The notes below the pieces were generated by a model that saw nothing but the letters and a program-made list of their open reading frames with translations, ran no database searches and was not told where the DNA came from. The position numbers were made by a program, and so were the translations under genes. DNA of 35,260 bases from a virus (taxonomy: Duplodnaviria; Caudoviricetes), in the IMG/VR virus record IMGVR_UViG_3300017784_003611, positions 1 to 35,260 of that record. One strand, given 5' to 3'. Of this stretch, positions 1 to 9,592 are shown in pieces. Within the stretch, counting starts at the first letter, position 1; each line of letters starts with the position of its first letter.

Positions 1-2
1 AA

Positions 3-956
3 AACGGACCTTATCCTACTATTGTACCACATAACAGTATTGACTATTTTAAACAAATAGGTCATTACCCTATTCCTAATAGAGAACATAATCCATATGT
101 TGATGCATTTTGGAAATGGTGGCCAGAACTTTATCCGAAGCTAGAAAACTTTAGGATGACAGGTGGCGAACCACTTATGGATAAAAATACTTTTAGAGTA
201 TTAGATTATGTTATAGATAATCCCAGACCTGAGTTGGAAATGGCAGTTACCACTAATGCAAGTGTACCTGATAAATTATGGAATCAATTTGTTGATAAAG
301 TAAGTTTCATTAGTGAGTATAAAAAACTTAAACGGTTTAGATTGTTTGTTAGTTTAGACGGGTGGGGTGACCAAGCCGAATACATACGTCATGGTTTAGA
401 CTTTGACCATTTGTGGAATAACATCAATAATTATCTTACAAGAGTAGATGAGGGTCTTGTTACATTTATTGTGACGTTTAACATACTGAGTTTGCCAACT
501 ATTCAGAAATTAATGAAGGGTATTTTAGATCTACAAAAAATACATAATGTTAAAAAAACAAGAAGAGAAGCAGACGGAAGTTTAAAAGTTTACGGTTATC
601 ATAGAGTGTTTGTTGATACCCCTATGCTAAGATATCCGCTGTGGCAAAGTTTACAGCTAACACCACAGGAGCATTGGCATTATGCAGATGAATGCTTAGA
701 TTTTATGAAAAAGAATACAGACAAAGGCAGGGATAGTCGTTGGGTTGGATTTAAACCCCATCAAATTGAAAGATTTGACAGGAGTATTGAATTTATGAAA
801 CAGGGGTTTAGTGATCCAAATGAAAAGTCAGAAGCAGAAGAAAACTTTATAAGATTTTTTTCTGCACATGATACAAGACGGCACACCGATTTCTCTGCAA
901 CATTTCCAGAATATGCAGAACTCTTTAAGACCTGGAAGGATAGATACAATGTTTAA
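3..956 (+). CDS. Radical SAM protein, 5'-truncated by the window edge; paralog of the next gene
   Basis: The frame of the 156..956 ORF is open from position 3 (NGPYPTIVPHN...NPYVDAFWKWWPELYPKLENFRMTGGEPL). It has the GGEP, TTNA and SLDG...EYIRHG motifs and the C-terminal D-x2-R-x3-F-x3-FPE motif shared across the array. The CxxxCxxC motif would lie upstream of the window. Confidence 0.85.
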   Translation, partial: NGPYPTIVPHNSIDYFKQIGHYPIPNREHNPYVDAFWKWWPELYPKLENFRMTGGEPLMDKNTFRVLDYVIDNPRPELEMAVTTNASVPDKLWNQFVDKVSFISEYKKLKRFRLFVSLDGWGDQAEYIRHGLDFDHLWNNINNYLTRVDEGLVTFIVTFNILSLPTIQKLMKGILDLQKIHNVKKTRREADGSLKVYGYHRVFVDTPMLRYPLWQSLQLTPQEHWHYADECLDFMKKNTDKGRDSRWVGFKPHQIERFDRSIEFMKQGFSDPNEKSEAEENFIRFFSAHDTRRHTDFSATFPEYAELFKTWKDRYNV

Positions 957-2601
957 TGATGTAGATTATAAAAACGAACGTGAAACAATAAAAACCAAAT
1001 TTGGTTCGGACACAATGTGTACTGCTAAATTTTTGTCCAGCACCATTTATTTACAAACAGGGCAAACACATAGTTGCTATCATCCGGCGCCACATGACAT
1101 TCCATTGGAAGAAATTAAAAATAATCCTGCTGCCTTACATAATACACAGCATAAGATCGAACGCAGACAACAAATGATGAATGGTGAACGTCCAGAAGAA
1201 TGCAACTATTGTTGGCGAGTAGAAGACATGGGCGAAGATCATTTAAGTGATCGCATTATTAAAAGTAAAAACGAATTACTGATGACTCCGACTGCTTACG
1301 AAGATATCTTAAAGAACGGATGGAATCATAATTATATCCCAACGTATTTGGAGATTAGTTTTGGTAGCGAATGTAATATGAAATGTGCATACTGTCACCC
1401 AAAAGCTAGCAGTGCTTGGATGAAAGAAATGGATACACATGGACAGTTTCCCAAAGCCCCACAGCTACAAAAACTATGGGAACAGATTTATCCAGAAGAT
1501 AAAAACCCGTACTTGCAAGCATTCTGGAACTGGTGGCCTATGTTACGCACTAAACTTAAAGTGTTAAGGCTAACAGGTGGTGAGCCGTTATTGCAGCAAA
1601 GTATTTGGAAGTTCCTTGACATGATTGATGAAAAGCCATGTCCAGATTTAGTCTTCCAGATGAATAGTAATCTTAATGTTAAGAACGTATTAGTTAAAAG
1701 ATTTTGTGCTAAAATTAAAAAACTAATTGACGAAAAAAAGATTAAGCGTTTCCATTTATTTACTAGTTTGGAAAGCTGGGGGCCACGTGCGTCTTATACA
1801 AGAAGCGGCTTGGATTTAAAACTGTTTGAACAAAACATGGAAACAATTTGGTCTAATTTAAACGGCTATCCTAGAGAATTGTTCTCTGGTATTACGATAA
1901 TGAATACGTTTAACATCATGTCAGTAACTAGTTATGTTGAATTTTTACAAAAGGTATTAGAATGGCGAAAAAAGTTTACAGGACATAAAAATCATCACTT
2001 CATTAAATTTGATATTCCGCATTGTACTGAACCCGCCCAATGGACATTAGTTGGATTACCTGATAATTATGATATGTACTTTAGGTTAATTACAGATTTC
2101 ATAAATAAAAACAGTTGGAACAATGTTGTTAAAACATTAAGGAATGTTACAAACTATGAGGATCATTACTACTTGTATTTTTCTGAAGAAGAATGCATTG
2201 CGTGGTCTAGAGTTAACAGTTATTGGAATAACATTAAAACAGATCGTTCCAAAATTGATTCGCCCGCTTACTTAGATGTGGTAAATGTAGACGATGCTAG
2301 AAGAAATTGGTTCTTGTTTATTGAAGAGACCGATAAACGTAGGGGAACTAATTTCTTAGAAATTTTTCCAGAAATGGAAGATTATTATAAACTGTGCAGC
2401 GAGTTAGAATCACTCGATGCTAGATTTTATAATAAGTATGTAAAGGAAATTATGACGTCAGCAACACAATGTGATATACATTTAGATGATGATTTTTTCC
2501 TACATCATGCTGTATTAGGTGAAAACTTAATTAATCAAAGATATATTAACGAATACCCAACTAAGTTATACAGAGATGATATACTTATAAGAGAATTTTA
2601 A
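949..2601 (+). CDS. Radical SAM protein with N-terminal twitch/SPASM-like Fe-S domain
   Basis: N-terminal CTAK...SCYH...CNYCW; core motif CNMKCAYC; TGGEPL. Start placed at ATG 949, which overlaps the previous gene end, rather than 868. Confidence 0.88.
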   Translation: MFNDVDYKNERETIKTKFGSDTMCTAKFLSSTIYLQTGQTHSCYHPAPHDIPLEEIKNNPAALHNTQHKIERRQQMMNGERPEECNYCWRVEDMGEDHLSDRIIKSKNELLMTPTAYEDILKNGWNHNYIPTYLEISFGSECNMKCAYCHPKASSAWMKEMDTHGQFPKAPQLQKLWEQIYPEDKNPYLQAFWNWWPMLRTKLKVLRLTGGEPLLQQSIWKFLDMIDEKPCPDLVFQMNSNLNVKNVLVKRFCAKIKKLIDEKKIKRFHLFTSLESWGPRASYTRSGLDLKLFEQNMETIWSNLNGYPRELFSGITIMNTFNIMSVTSYVEFLQKVLEWRKKFTGHKNHHFIKFDIPHCTEPAQWTLVGLPDNYDMYFRLITDFINKNSWNNVVKTLRNVTNYEDHYYLYFSEEECIAWSRVNSYWNNIKTDRSKIDSPAYLDVVNVDDARRNWFLFIEETDKRRGTNFLEIFPEMEDYYKLCSELESLDARFYNKYVKEIMTSATQCDIHLDDDFFLHHAVLGENLINQRYINEYPTKLYRDDILIREF

Positions 2602-3866
2602 TGATAAAAAAAGAACAAGTACCATCTAGTAAAAACTTTTGTATGGCACCATGGGTTACCATGCATTCCTGGCCTAACGGTCAAGCATTTCCATGTTGTG
2701 CAGTAAAAACACAAGGATTACTCGAAGGAGTTGGGATGGCAAATCTTAACGAAGTTTCAATCGAGCAAGCATGGAATAGTGATATGATGAAAACTCTGCG
2801 CACTAACATGCTAGCAGATCGTCCAACTAATATTTGTGAAAAGTGTATAGAATTTGAAACCGGCACTTCTTCTTGGGGTTTAAGAAAGCAGTTAAACATT
2901 CAGTTTCATGATCGTTATTGGGACAGAGTAGAACAAACAAATGATGATGGATCACACGATGATCCTAAATTTTTGTACTGGGATATAAGATTTAATAACT
3001 TGTGTAACATGAAATGTAGAAGCTGCGGTCCTGCGTTTAGCACTAGCTGGTATGATGATGCAGTAAAATTGAATAACCACAACGGATCAGCATTCCAGGG
3101 TCTTTCTAAAGATTTTTGGGATAGAGCATTACCACTAATAAAACAAGTAGAGTACGCATATTTTGCAGGCGGCGAACCTCTTATAACCAATGAACATTAT
3201 AAGATGTTAGACACTTGGTTAGAAGAAGGTAATACCGAAGTTAAAATAAGTTATACAACTAATTTTAGTAAAATGAAATTAGGTAATAAACATGTATTCG
3301 ATTACTGGAATAAATTTAAAAATGTTAACGTCGGTGCTAGTTTAGATGCAAGCTATGAACGTGGCGAATATATGAGAAAAGGCACTGTATGGAAAGATAT
3401 TGTGCAAAATCGTAGAGACATGATTGCAGAATGTCCGGATACTAGATTCTTTATATCTCCAACTATTAGTATCTATAACGTGTTACATTTACCTGACTTC
3501 CATCAAGAATGGATTGAAGAAGGACTTGTTGAGTATCATGCTATTAACTTAAATACATTAATGGAACCAGACTTTATGAGAATACAGCAACTGCCATTTA
3601 ATCTAAAACTAAAAGTAGAACAACGATGGTTAGATTATGTTGATTGGATTGATAAAAAGTTCTTTAAACCTAATAATGAAGATTTTACAACCACAGATCT
3701 ATACAATAGATTAACTGGAGTTATCAAATTTATGTGGGCTAAAGAAACTAATGAAGTATTACTAAAAGAATTTATAACTAGCAATAATAAAATAGATGCA
3801 GTAAGAAAAGAAAACTTTTATGATGTGTTTACAGAATTAGCAGATTTGAAAAAATATGATCTTTAA
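2601..3866 (+). CDS. Radical SAM protein with N-terminal twitch/SPASM-like domain
   Basis: FCMAPW...PCC...CEKC; CNMKCRSC; AGGEPL; TTN; SLDA..ERGEYMR; TAATG coupling at the start. Confidence 0.9.
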   Translation: MIKKEQVPSSKNFCMAPWVTMHSWPNGQAFPCCAVKTQGLLEGVGMANLNEVSIEQAWNSDMMKTLRTNMLADRPTNICEKCIEFETGTSSWGLRKQLNIQFHDRYWDRVEQTNDDGSHDDPKFLYWDIRFNNLCNMKCRSCGPAFSTSWYDDAVKLNNHNGSAFQGLSKDFWDRALPLIKQVEYAYFAGGEPLITNEHYKMLDTWLEEGNTEVKISYTTNFSKMKLGNKHVFDYWNKFKNVNVGASLDASYERGEYMRKGTVWKDIVQNRRDMIAECPDTRFFISPTISIYNVLHLPDFHQEWIEEGLVEYHAINLNTLMEPDFMRIQQLPFNLKLKVEQRWLDYVDWIDKKFFKPNNEDFTTTDLYNRLTGVIKFMWAKETNEVLLKEFITSNNKIDAVRKENFYDVFTELADLKKYDL

Positions 3867-5115
3867 TAAAGAATACCTATTAACCGAAAGCAAAAACTTT
3901 TGTATGGCCCCGTGGATACATATGCATGTATGGCCAAATGGCAGAGCATTTCCGTGTTGTTTAGCTGATACTAAAGAAGATTATGGTAATACAAATAAAC
4001 AATCAATCAGTGCATTGTGGAATAGTGATTTAGCTAAATCTCTCAGAAAAAACATGTCAAGTGATCAACCTTCTTCTGCATGTAAACGCTGCTACGAACT
4101 TGAATCTGATGCTAGTGCTTATACACTAAGAAAGAATATGAATTACAGGTTTTCGCATCATTTTTCTAAAGTAACAGATACTTTACCTGACGGAACACAT
4201 CACGATGTTAACTTTGTTTATATGGATCTTAGATTTAGTAACTTGTGTAATTTAAGCTGTCGTAGTTGTGGTCCAACATTTAGTACTGTTTGGTATGATG
4301 ATTTTATAAAAGCATTTGGCGAAGTAAATCCCAATGATGCAGAACAGAAGTATATACAGCTAAAAAATAATCCAAATTTTTTAAAAGAACTATGGCCGTT
4401 ATTGGATACGGTAGAGGAAGTATACTGGGCTGGTGGTGAACCTCTAGTAACTGCAGAACATTGGGATATTATGAATTATTGGATTAGTTCAGGTCGTGCT
4501 AATGACATTACTATTAACTACACTACTAACTTTACTAACTTAATATATAAAAAACAATCCATATTAGACTTATGGAAGCAATTTAAAACTGTAAATGTTG
4601 CAGCAAGTTTGGATGCTAGTTATGAAAGGGCAGAGTATATTAGAAAAGGCACAATATGGAGTGACATTGTTCAAAATAGAAAAACTATGTTAGAGCAAGT
4701 ACCTAACATTTATTTTGAAATTACTCCCACAGTTAGCATGATGAATGTATTACATTTACCAGAATTTCATAGAGAATGGTTAGAGCTAGGGTTATTGTCA
4801 GATCCTACATATTTTAGGATCAATAATCTAATAGAACCTGATTTCTTTTCTACCCGTGTATTACCACAGAAATATAAAGACGAAGTAACTAATAAATGGT
4901 TAAATCACTTTGCTTGGTTAGAATCTAACTCGTTTGATTTAACAAAAAACGGGTGGATAAGTAGTGCTACAGGGATATTAGATTCAATGAATAAAGAAGA
5001 TAACAGCTCTTTACTTAAAACAACCCTAATAGAATTAGAACGTTGGGATGTTATTAGAAATGAACAATGGTGGGATGCATTGCCTGAATTAGTTTTCTTA
5101 GAGGATTACAAATGA
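3856..5115 (+). CDS. Radical SAM protein with N-terminal twitch/SPASM-like domain; close paralog of 2601..3866
   Basis: FCMAPW...PCC...CKRC; CNLSCRSC; AGGEPL; long near-identical blocks shared with the upstream gene. Confidence 0.9.
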   Translation: MIFNKEYLLTESKNFCMAPWIHMHVWPNGRAFPCCLADTKEDYGNTNKQSISALWNSDLAKSLRKNMSSDQPSSACKRCYELESDASAYTLRKNMNYRFSHHFSKVTDTLPDGTHHDVNFVYMDLRFSNLCNLSCRSCGPTFSTVWYDDFIKAFGEVNPNDAEQKYIQLKNNPNFLKELWPLLDTVEEVYWAGGEPLVTAEHWDIMNYWISSGRANDITINYTTNFTNLIYKKQSILDLWKQFKTVNVAASLDASYERAEYIRKGTIWSDIVQNRKTMLEQVPNIYFEITPTVSMMNVLHLPEFHREWLELGLLSDPTYFRINNLIEPDFFSTRVLPQKYKDEVTNKWLNHFAWLESNSFDLTKNGWISSATGILDSMNKEDNSSLLKTTLIELERWDVIRNEQWWDALPELVFLEDYK

Positions 5116-6419
5116 GTAACACGTTTTGTCTTTATCCTTTCATGAATTTAAACAGTAATACAGAAGGTAGTGTTAAACTATGCTGTAGTATTAATGAAAA
5201 CATTCATGTAAAAGATAGTGACGGTAACGAGTTAAATTTTGGAACACATTCAATAGAAGAAATTTGGAAAAGCGAATATATGAAAGATATTCGTCGACAA
5301 ATGCTTAATGGCGAAAGACCCACTGCATGTGATGTATGTTGGCGTTTAGAAGATATGGGATTAAACAGTAGCCGCAAAAGTGCATGGGCCGAGTTCAAAA
5401 ATTTAAACTTAAATATAAAGGAACTAAAAACAGAGCTACCCCCATTGCCATCAAGTCTTGAACTTAGGTTGGGTAACTTTTGTAATCTGCGCTGCAACAG
5501 TTGTTGGAGTTTAAGTAGTGATAGAATATATGACGAGCGTAAGCGTATGCTTAAGGATGATAAGTTACCCAAGTGGGCAAAGAAAGAATTCAAAGAAGAA
5601 ATTGATTTAGCAGATAAAGCAAACTGGCGCTGGTGGGAAAACGATGTATTTGTTAATAGTATTAAGCAACTTGCTCCTACACTAAAGAGATTATATCTAA
5701 CGGGCGGTGAACCAACTCTTATTAAACAGAATACTGAAATTATGAAAATGATATTAGATACTGGTAATACTGATTGTTATATTGCATTGACTACTAATTT
5801 AACCAATTGGGATAAAGAATTCTTTTCTACCATGAGTAGATTTAAAAGCGGAGAGTTCCAGATTAGTATTGACGATATTGAAGAAAGAAACTATTATATT
5901 AGATATCCAACCCAATGGCAACATGTAGAAAATAATTTAGTAGCAATATATCAAACATTTCCTATTGAATGGAAAATAAAACACTTTACCGTATTGCAAA
6001 CATATAATTATAATAGAGCGCCAGAAATTATTAGTTGGATTGCAAATCAAAGAAAATGGTGGAGCAAGTCACAAAACAATTTGCTTCCTGGCATGCAAGA
6101 TCAACAAGAAAGACTTTATATATGGAGCCCTATAATATTAGATCAACCCAAACAGTTAAATATTAGAAACATGCCACTTGATTTGAGATATGATGCTGCT
6201 AATAGATTAGAAGATTTTGTAGGTCCGAGTGAAAATCAGTCTCCGAATTTTTGGTATCAATACGGCATAGAACAAACAATCACATACTTGCGTTCAATCG
6301 AAGAACCAAATTCAGAAGAATGGCACAAGTTCTTCGAATACAACGAATTAATATCTAAACACAGAAAAATAGATTTTAAGAAATTTTTTCCTGAATTAGC
6401 AAAACTGGATCCTAGATAA
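5112..6419 (+). CDS. Radical SAM protein with N-terminal twitch/SPASM-like domain
   Basis: FCLYPF...LCC...CDVCW; CNLRCNSC; TGGEPT; ATGA overlap with the previous stop. Confidence 0.9.
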   Translation: MSNTFCLYPFMNLNSNTEGSVKLCCSINENIHVKDSDGNELNFGTHSIEEIWKSEYMKDIRRQMLNGERPTACDVCWRLEDMGLNSSRKSAWAEFKNLNLNIKELKTELPPLPSSLELRLGNFCNLRCNSCWSLSSDRIYDERKRMLKDDKLPKWAKKEFKEEIDLADKANWRWWENDVFVNSIKQLAPTLKRLYLTGGEPTLIKQNTEIMKMILDTGNTDCYIALTTNLTNWDKEFFSTMSRFKSGEFQISIDDIEERNYYIRYPTQWQHVENNLVAIYQTFPIEWKIKHFTVLQTYNYNRAPEIISWIANQRKWWSKSQNNLLPGMQDQQERLYIWSPIILDQPKQLNIRNMPLDLRYDAANRLEDFVGPSENQSPNFWYQYGIEQTITYLRSIEEPNSEEWHKFFEYNELISKHRKIDFKKFFPELAKLDPR

Positions 6420-6420
6420 T

Positions 6421-8610
6421 ATGACTGAACAAAAATTACAATGGTGGGACTTACAAGCTCGTAAGTATAAAGTAGATCCGCCGCCAAGACCTGAAGGAAC
6501 ATTGCTCGAAGACCGTAGTACTGCAACTATGCGAGTAATGGAAAGATTTAGCAAACCTGTGCAAAAAGGGCTCAGTGATATTGATATTGAATATAAAGTA
6601 GATCGTAAAACTCGTGTTGTACTTGGGATGTGTCCTGAATGGGATCCGGGATTTCCACCTTATAATATTGCTAAACTGTCAGGTGTTGTTAAGTCTGCAG
6701 GATACGCATGTAAAGCATTTGATTTGAACGTAGAAGCATATAATGACTTTGCTACTAGAGGTTGGGATGTTCATTATGATCCATGGGAAGGTCCCAGAGA
6801 TTGGCATTGGATTGGCGAGCAATATTGGAAAGAATTGCATCACGAAATTAAACCGTTATTAGATAGAAAAATACAAGAGATTGTGGACTTTAACCCAGAC
6901 ATAATTGGTTTTAGTTTATACTACTGTAACGAAGAACCAACTGACTATATGATTACTAAAATTAAAGAACAGTTACCTAACTGTAAATCAGTTATAGGTG
7001 GTCCCAGTACTCATTATAGTTATTTTAAACCCAAAGACATTTACGATTACGTTGTTAACGGCGAAGGTGAACAGCCGCTACTACGTATCATCGAACAAAT
7101 AGAAAAGTCAAAAGAAGTTGAGTATTCGGAGATAATCGGCAATACAAAAATCATACGTCAGGATGAAGATGTTAGATATAATCTAAACACATTGCCTTAT
7201 CCTGATTATAGCGACTTTGACTTTACAAAATATAGATTTGCCAATGGTGCGCTATGTGCTATTAGTCGTGGTTGTATTGCTAAGTGTACATTCTGTGAAG
7301 AAACACACTATTACAAGTATAGACAGCGTACAGCCATTAGTACATTAGATGAAGTAGAACACATGTATTACAAATATGGTACTGATGTTTTTTACTTTAC
7401 TGATAGCTTAGTTAATGGTAACTTAAATGAACTACGTGCATTTGTAGAAGGTGTTAAAGCTAAGGGGTTAGACATACACTGGACAGGGTATGCTCGTTGC
7501 GATGGTAGAATGGATTTGGAATATTATCAAGCGTTAAGAGATGGTGGTTGTAAAGCATTAAACTATGGTACTGAAAGTGGGTCACAAGAAGTACTAGATG
7601 CAATGGATAAAAAAGTTAAGATTGAAGAAATGGAAGCAAACTTCCGTGATGGAAATGCAGTAGGTATTGTTGCGCTAACAAACTGGATTGTAGGTTATCC
7701 CAATGAAACTCCTAAGATGTTAGAAGATACATTTACATTCCTTTGGAGAGTTAGAAATCAAGGACTAGCAAGTATAGGACAGGGTACTGGATTTAACGTT
7801 GGTGTTGATACTATTGTAGGTCAAAATCTAAAGAAATTTGGGTTAGCAGACGTATATTATTACGATCATTGGATTAAAGAAGATTTTACCGCTAGTATTG
7901 TACACAAGCTAATTAAAATGAAAACGTTTAGCATATTTACAGACTTGTTAGTAACAAATCGTGAATGTGGACGTCCTACTAGACATAACTTAGCTAAATT
8001 CCATTACACTATAGAATTCAATGATCCAAACAAGATAAATGAAATTGCGTATGATTACGCTACAGTTGATTATAACATAATTAAACCTAATATAAGTAAT
8101 TTTGCTGATAGTTTAGTTAATGAAATTTGGCCATTCTTGCGTGTTGTCTGGAGAACACGTGGCGGATATAAACTTAAACTGTTGTTTAAGCCCGAATGGG
8201 AATATGCTGAATGGGGCGCTAGAAATGCTGCACCACTAGAAGCAGAATACATTTTTGAAATTGATGATAACGGAAACTGGACTGCTGATTTTAAATGGGA
8301 TTACCGACAAACAGAGTTAGACTATAAGTGGAAAGATCCGCAGTGGACAGATGAATATGGCAATCTACATACTCATATCGACACTTGGGGGCCAGTATGG
8401 GGTATTGTAGACTTTAGTAGAACAAACAGTAATGCTGCGGCCAGAGCAAGGAAACTTGCATGGAAGGGAACAGATTTAGCTATTAAAGATCCTTGGAATG
8501 CACATGATCCTGAATGGTTTGAAAAAGAAAAATTAGAGTTTGCAACAATTAGACATACTGATTTTAGTTTTAAATATGCATGGAAAGGTTCGGGTAAGTG
8601 GGATGTCTAA
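6421..8610 (+). CDS. Cobalamin (B12)-binding radical SAM protein (class B methyltransferase-like) with long C-terminal extension
   Basis: B12-binding-type segments PPYNIAKLSGVVK..G...FDLN, PDIIGFS, VIGGP, VNGEGE; SRGCIAKCTFC; FTDS; GTESGSQEVL..MDK; IVGYPNET. Confidence 0.88.
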   Translation: MTEQKLQWWDLQARKYKVDPPPRPEGTLLEDRSTATMRVMERFSKPVQKGLSDIDIEYKVDRKTRVVLGMCPEWDPGFPPYNIAKLSGVVKSAGYACKAFDLNVEAYNDFATRGWDVHYDPWEGPRDWHWIGEQYWKELHHEIKPLLDRKIQEIVDFNPDIIGFSLYYCNEEPTDYMITKIKEQLPNCKSVIGGPSTHYSYFKPKDIYDYVVNGEGEQPLLRIIEQIEKSKEVEYSEIIGNTKIIRQDEDVRYNLNTLPYPDYSDFDFTKYRFANGALCAISRGCIAKCTFCEETHYYKYRQRTAISTLDEVEHMYYKYGTDVFYFTDSLVNGNLNELRAFVEGVKAKGLDIHWTGYARCDGRMDLEYYQALRDGGCKALNYGTESGSQEVLDAMDKKVKIEEMEANFRDGNAVGIVALTNWIVGYPNETPKMLEDTFTFLWRVRNQGLASIGQGTGFNVGVDTIVGQNLKKFGLADVYYYDHWIKEDFTASIVHKLIKMKTFSIFTDLLVTNRECGRPTRHNLAKFHYTIEFNDPNKINEIAYDYATVDYNIIKPNISNFADSLVNEIWPFLRVVWRTRGGYKLKLLFKPEWEYAEWGARNAAPLEAEYIFEIDDNGNWTADFKWDYRQTELDYKWKDPQWTDEYGNLHTHIDTWGPVWGIVDFSRTNSNAAARARKLAWKGTDLAIKDPWNAHDPEWFEKEKLEFATIRHTDFSFKYAWKGSGKWDV

Positions 8611-9589
8611 ATTAATAAAAATAGTACAAGATGGCGCACCGTTTGTTAATATCACCTGGCAAGTAAGTAACTTATGTAACTTTAGGTGCAGCTATTGCAA
8701 TGAAAGCAATTGGAGTGGCAGTAACTTAAATTTAGATGTTGATGCAATTAAACGTGGATTAGACAAAGTTATTGAATATGAACTTAGCAGAGGCTATACT
8801 AATTTAAAGGTATTTTTTAGTGGTGGCGAACCTACATATTGGAAGCCTCTTGTTCAAGTAATGGAGCATATTAAAAACAGCGGCATGACACAAGTTAAGT
8901 TTGCTATTAATACTAACCTCAGCAATCCGTTAGCTTGGTGGGAAAAGCATGTAGATTTATTCGACGATGTAGTTGCAAGTTATCATCCAGAGTTTGTAGA
9001 TACAGAACATTATCTAACTGTATACAAGTTTTTAAGCGATAAAGTAAATTATATTTGCGGTCGTATGATGATGCATGAGCCTAGATGGGACGATGTTATT
9101 ACGTTCAGTGATCGTATTAAAGCAGAGTGCGAACAAGAAAATTTAAATTGGCGCATCGAATATGTTCCTATATTTGAAGAACTTAGTTTTACTACAAGAC
9201 CTTACTTTTATAAAAATGAAGATCACAGAAAGTTTTTAGAAGAAAAAAACTTAGAACAAAGTATTAAATCGATTGTACCGGCAAAAGCAGCAGATATTTC
9301 AGGTAGCATAGAGATTTATGACGATGGGTTAATTCAGCCTATTAACTGCAATCGACTGGTAGCTGAAAATAGAAACTTTTTCCAAGGTTGGAAATGCATG
9401 ATCCCAATGGAAAGCATTTTCATTAATTGTGAAGGTCATATTGATATGGGTAGCTGCGGGGTTATGCCTCGTGTGGGAAACTTATATGACTCTAAATTAG
9501 AATTAGACTTGCCTGAAAGTGTCATATGTCCTAAGTCATATTGTCACTGTGGTACCGACATATATATTACAAAATTTAAAGATTGGTAA
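8603..9589 (+). CDS. Radical SAM protein with C-terminal Cys-rich (SPASM/twitch-like) domain
   Basis: CNFRCSYC; SGGEPT; NTN; ASYHPEF; C-terminal WKC...GSC...CPKSYCHCGTD. Start placed at ATG 8603. Confidence 0.87.
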   Translation: MSKLIKIVQDGAPFVNITWQVSNLCNFRCSYCNESNWSGSNLNLDVDAIKRGLDKVIEYELSRGYTNLKVFFSGGEPTYWKPLVQVMEHIKNSGMTQVKFAINTNLSNPLAWWEKHVDLFDDVVASYHPEFVDTEHYLTVYKFLSDKVNYICGRMMMHEPRWDDVITFSDRIKAECEQENLNWRIEYVPIFEELSFTTRPYFYKNEDHRKFLEEKNLEQSIKSIVPAKAADISGSIEIYDDGLIQPINCNRLVAENRNFFQGWKCMIPMESIFINCEGHIDMGSCGVMPRVGNLYDSKLELDLPESVICPKSYCHCGTDIYITKFKDW

Positions 9590-9592
9590 ACA

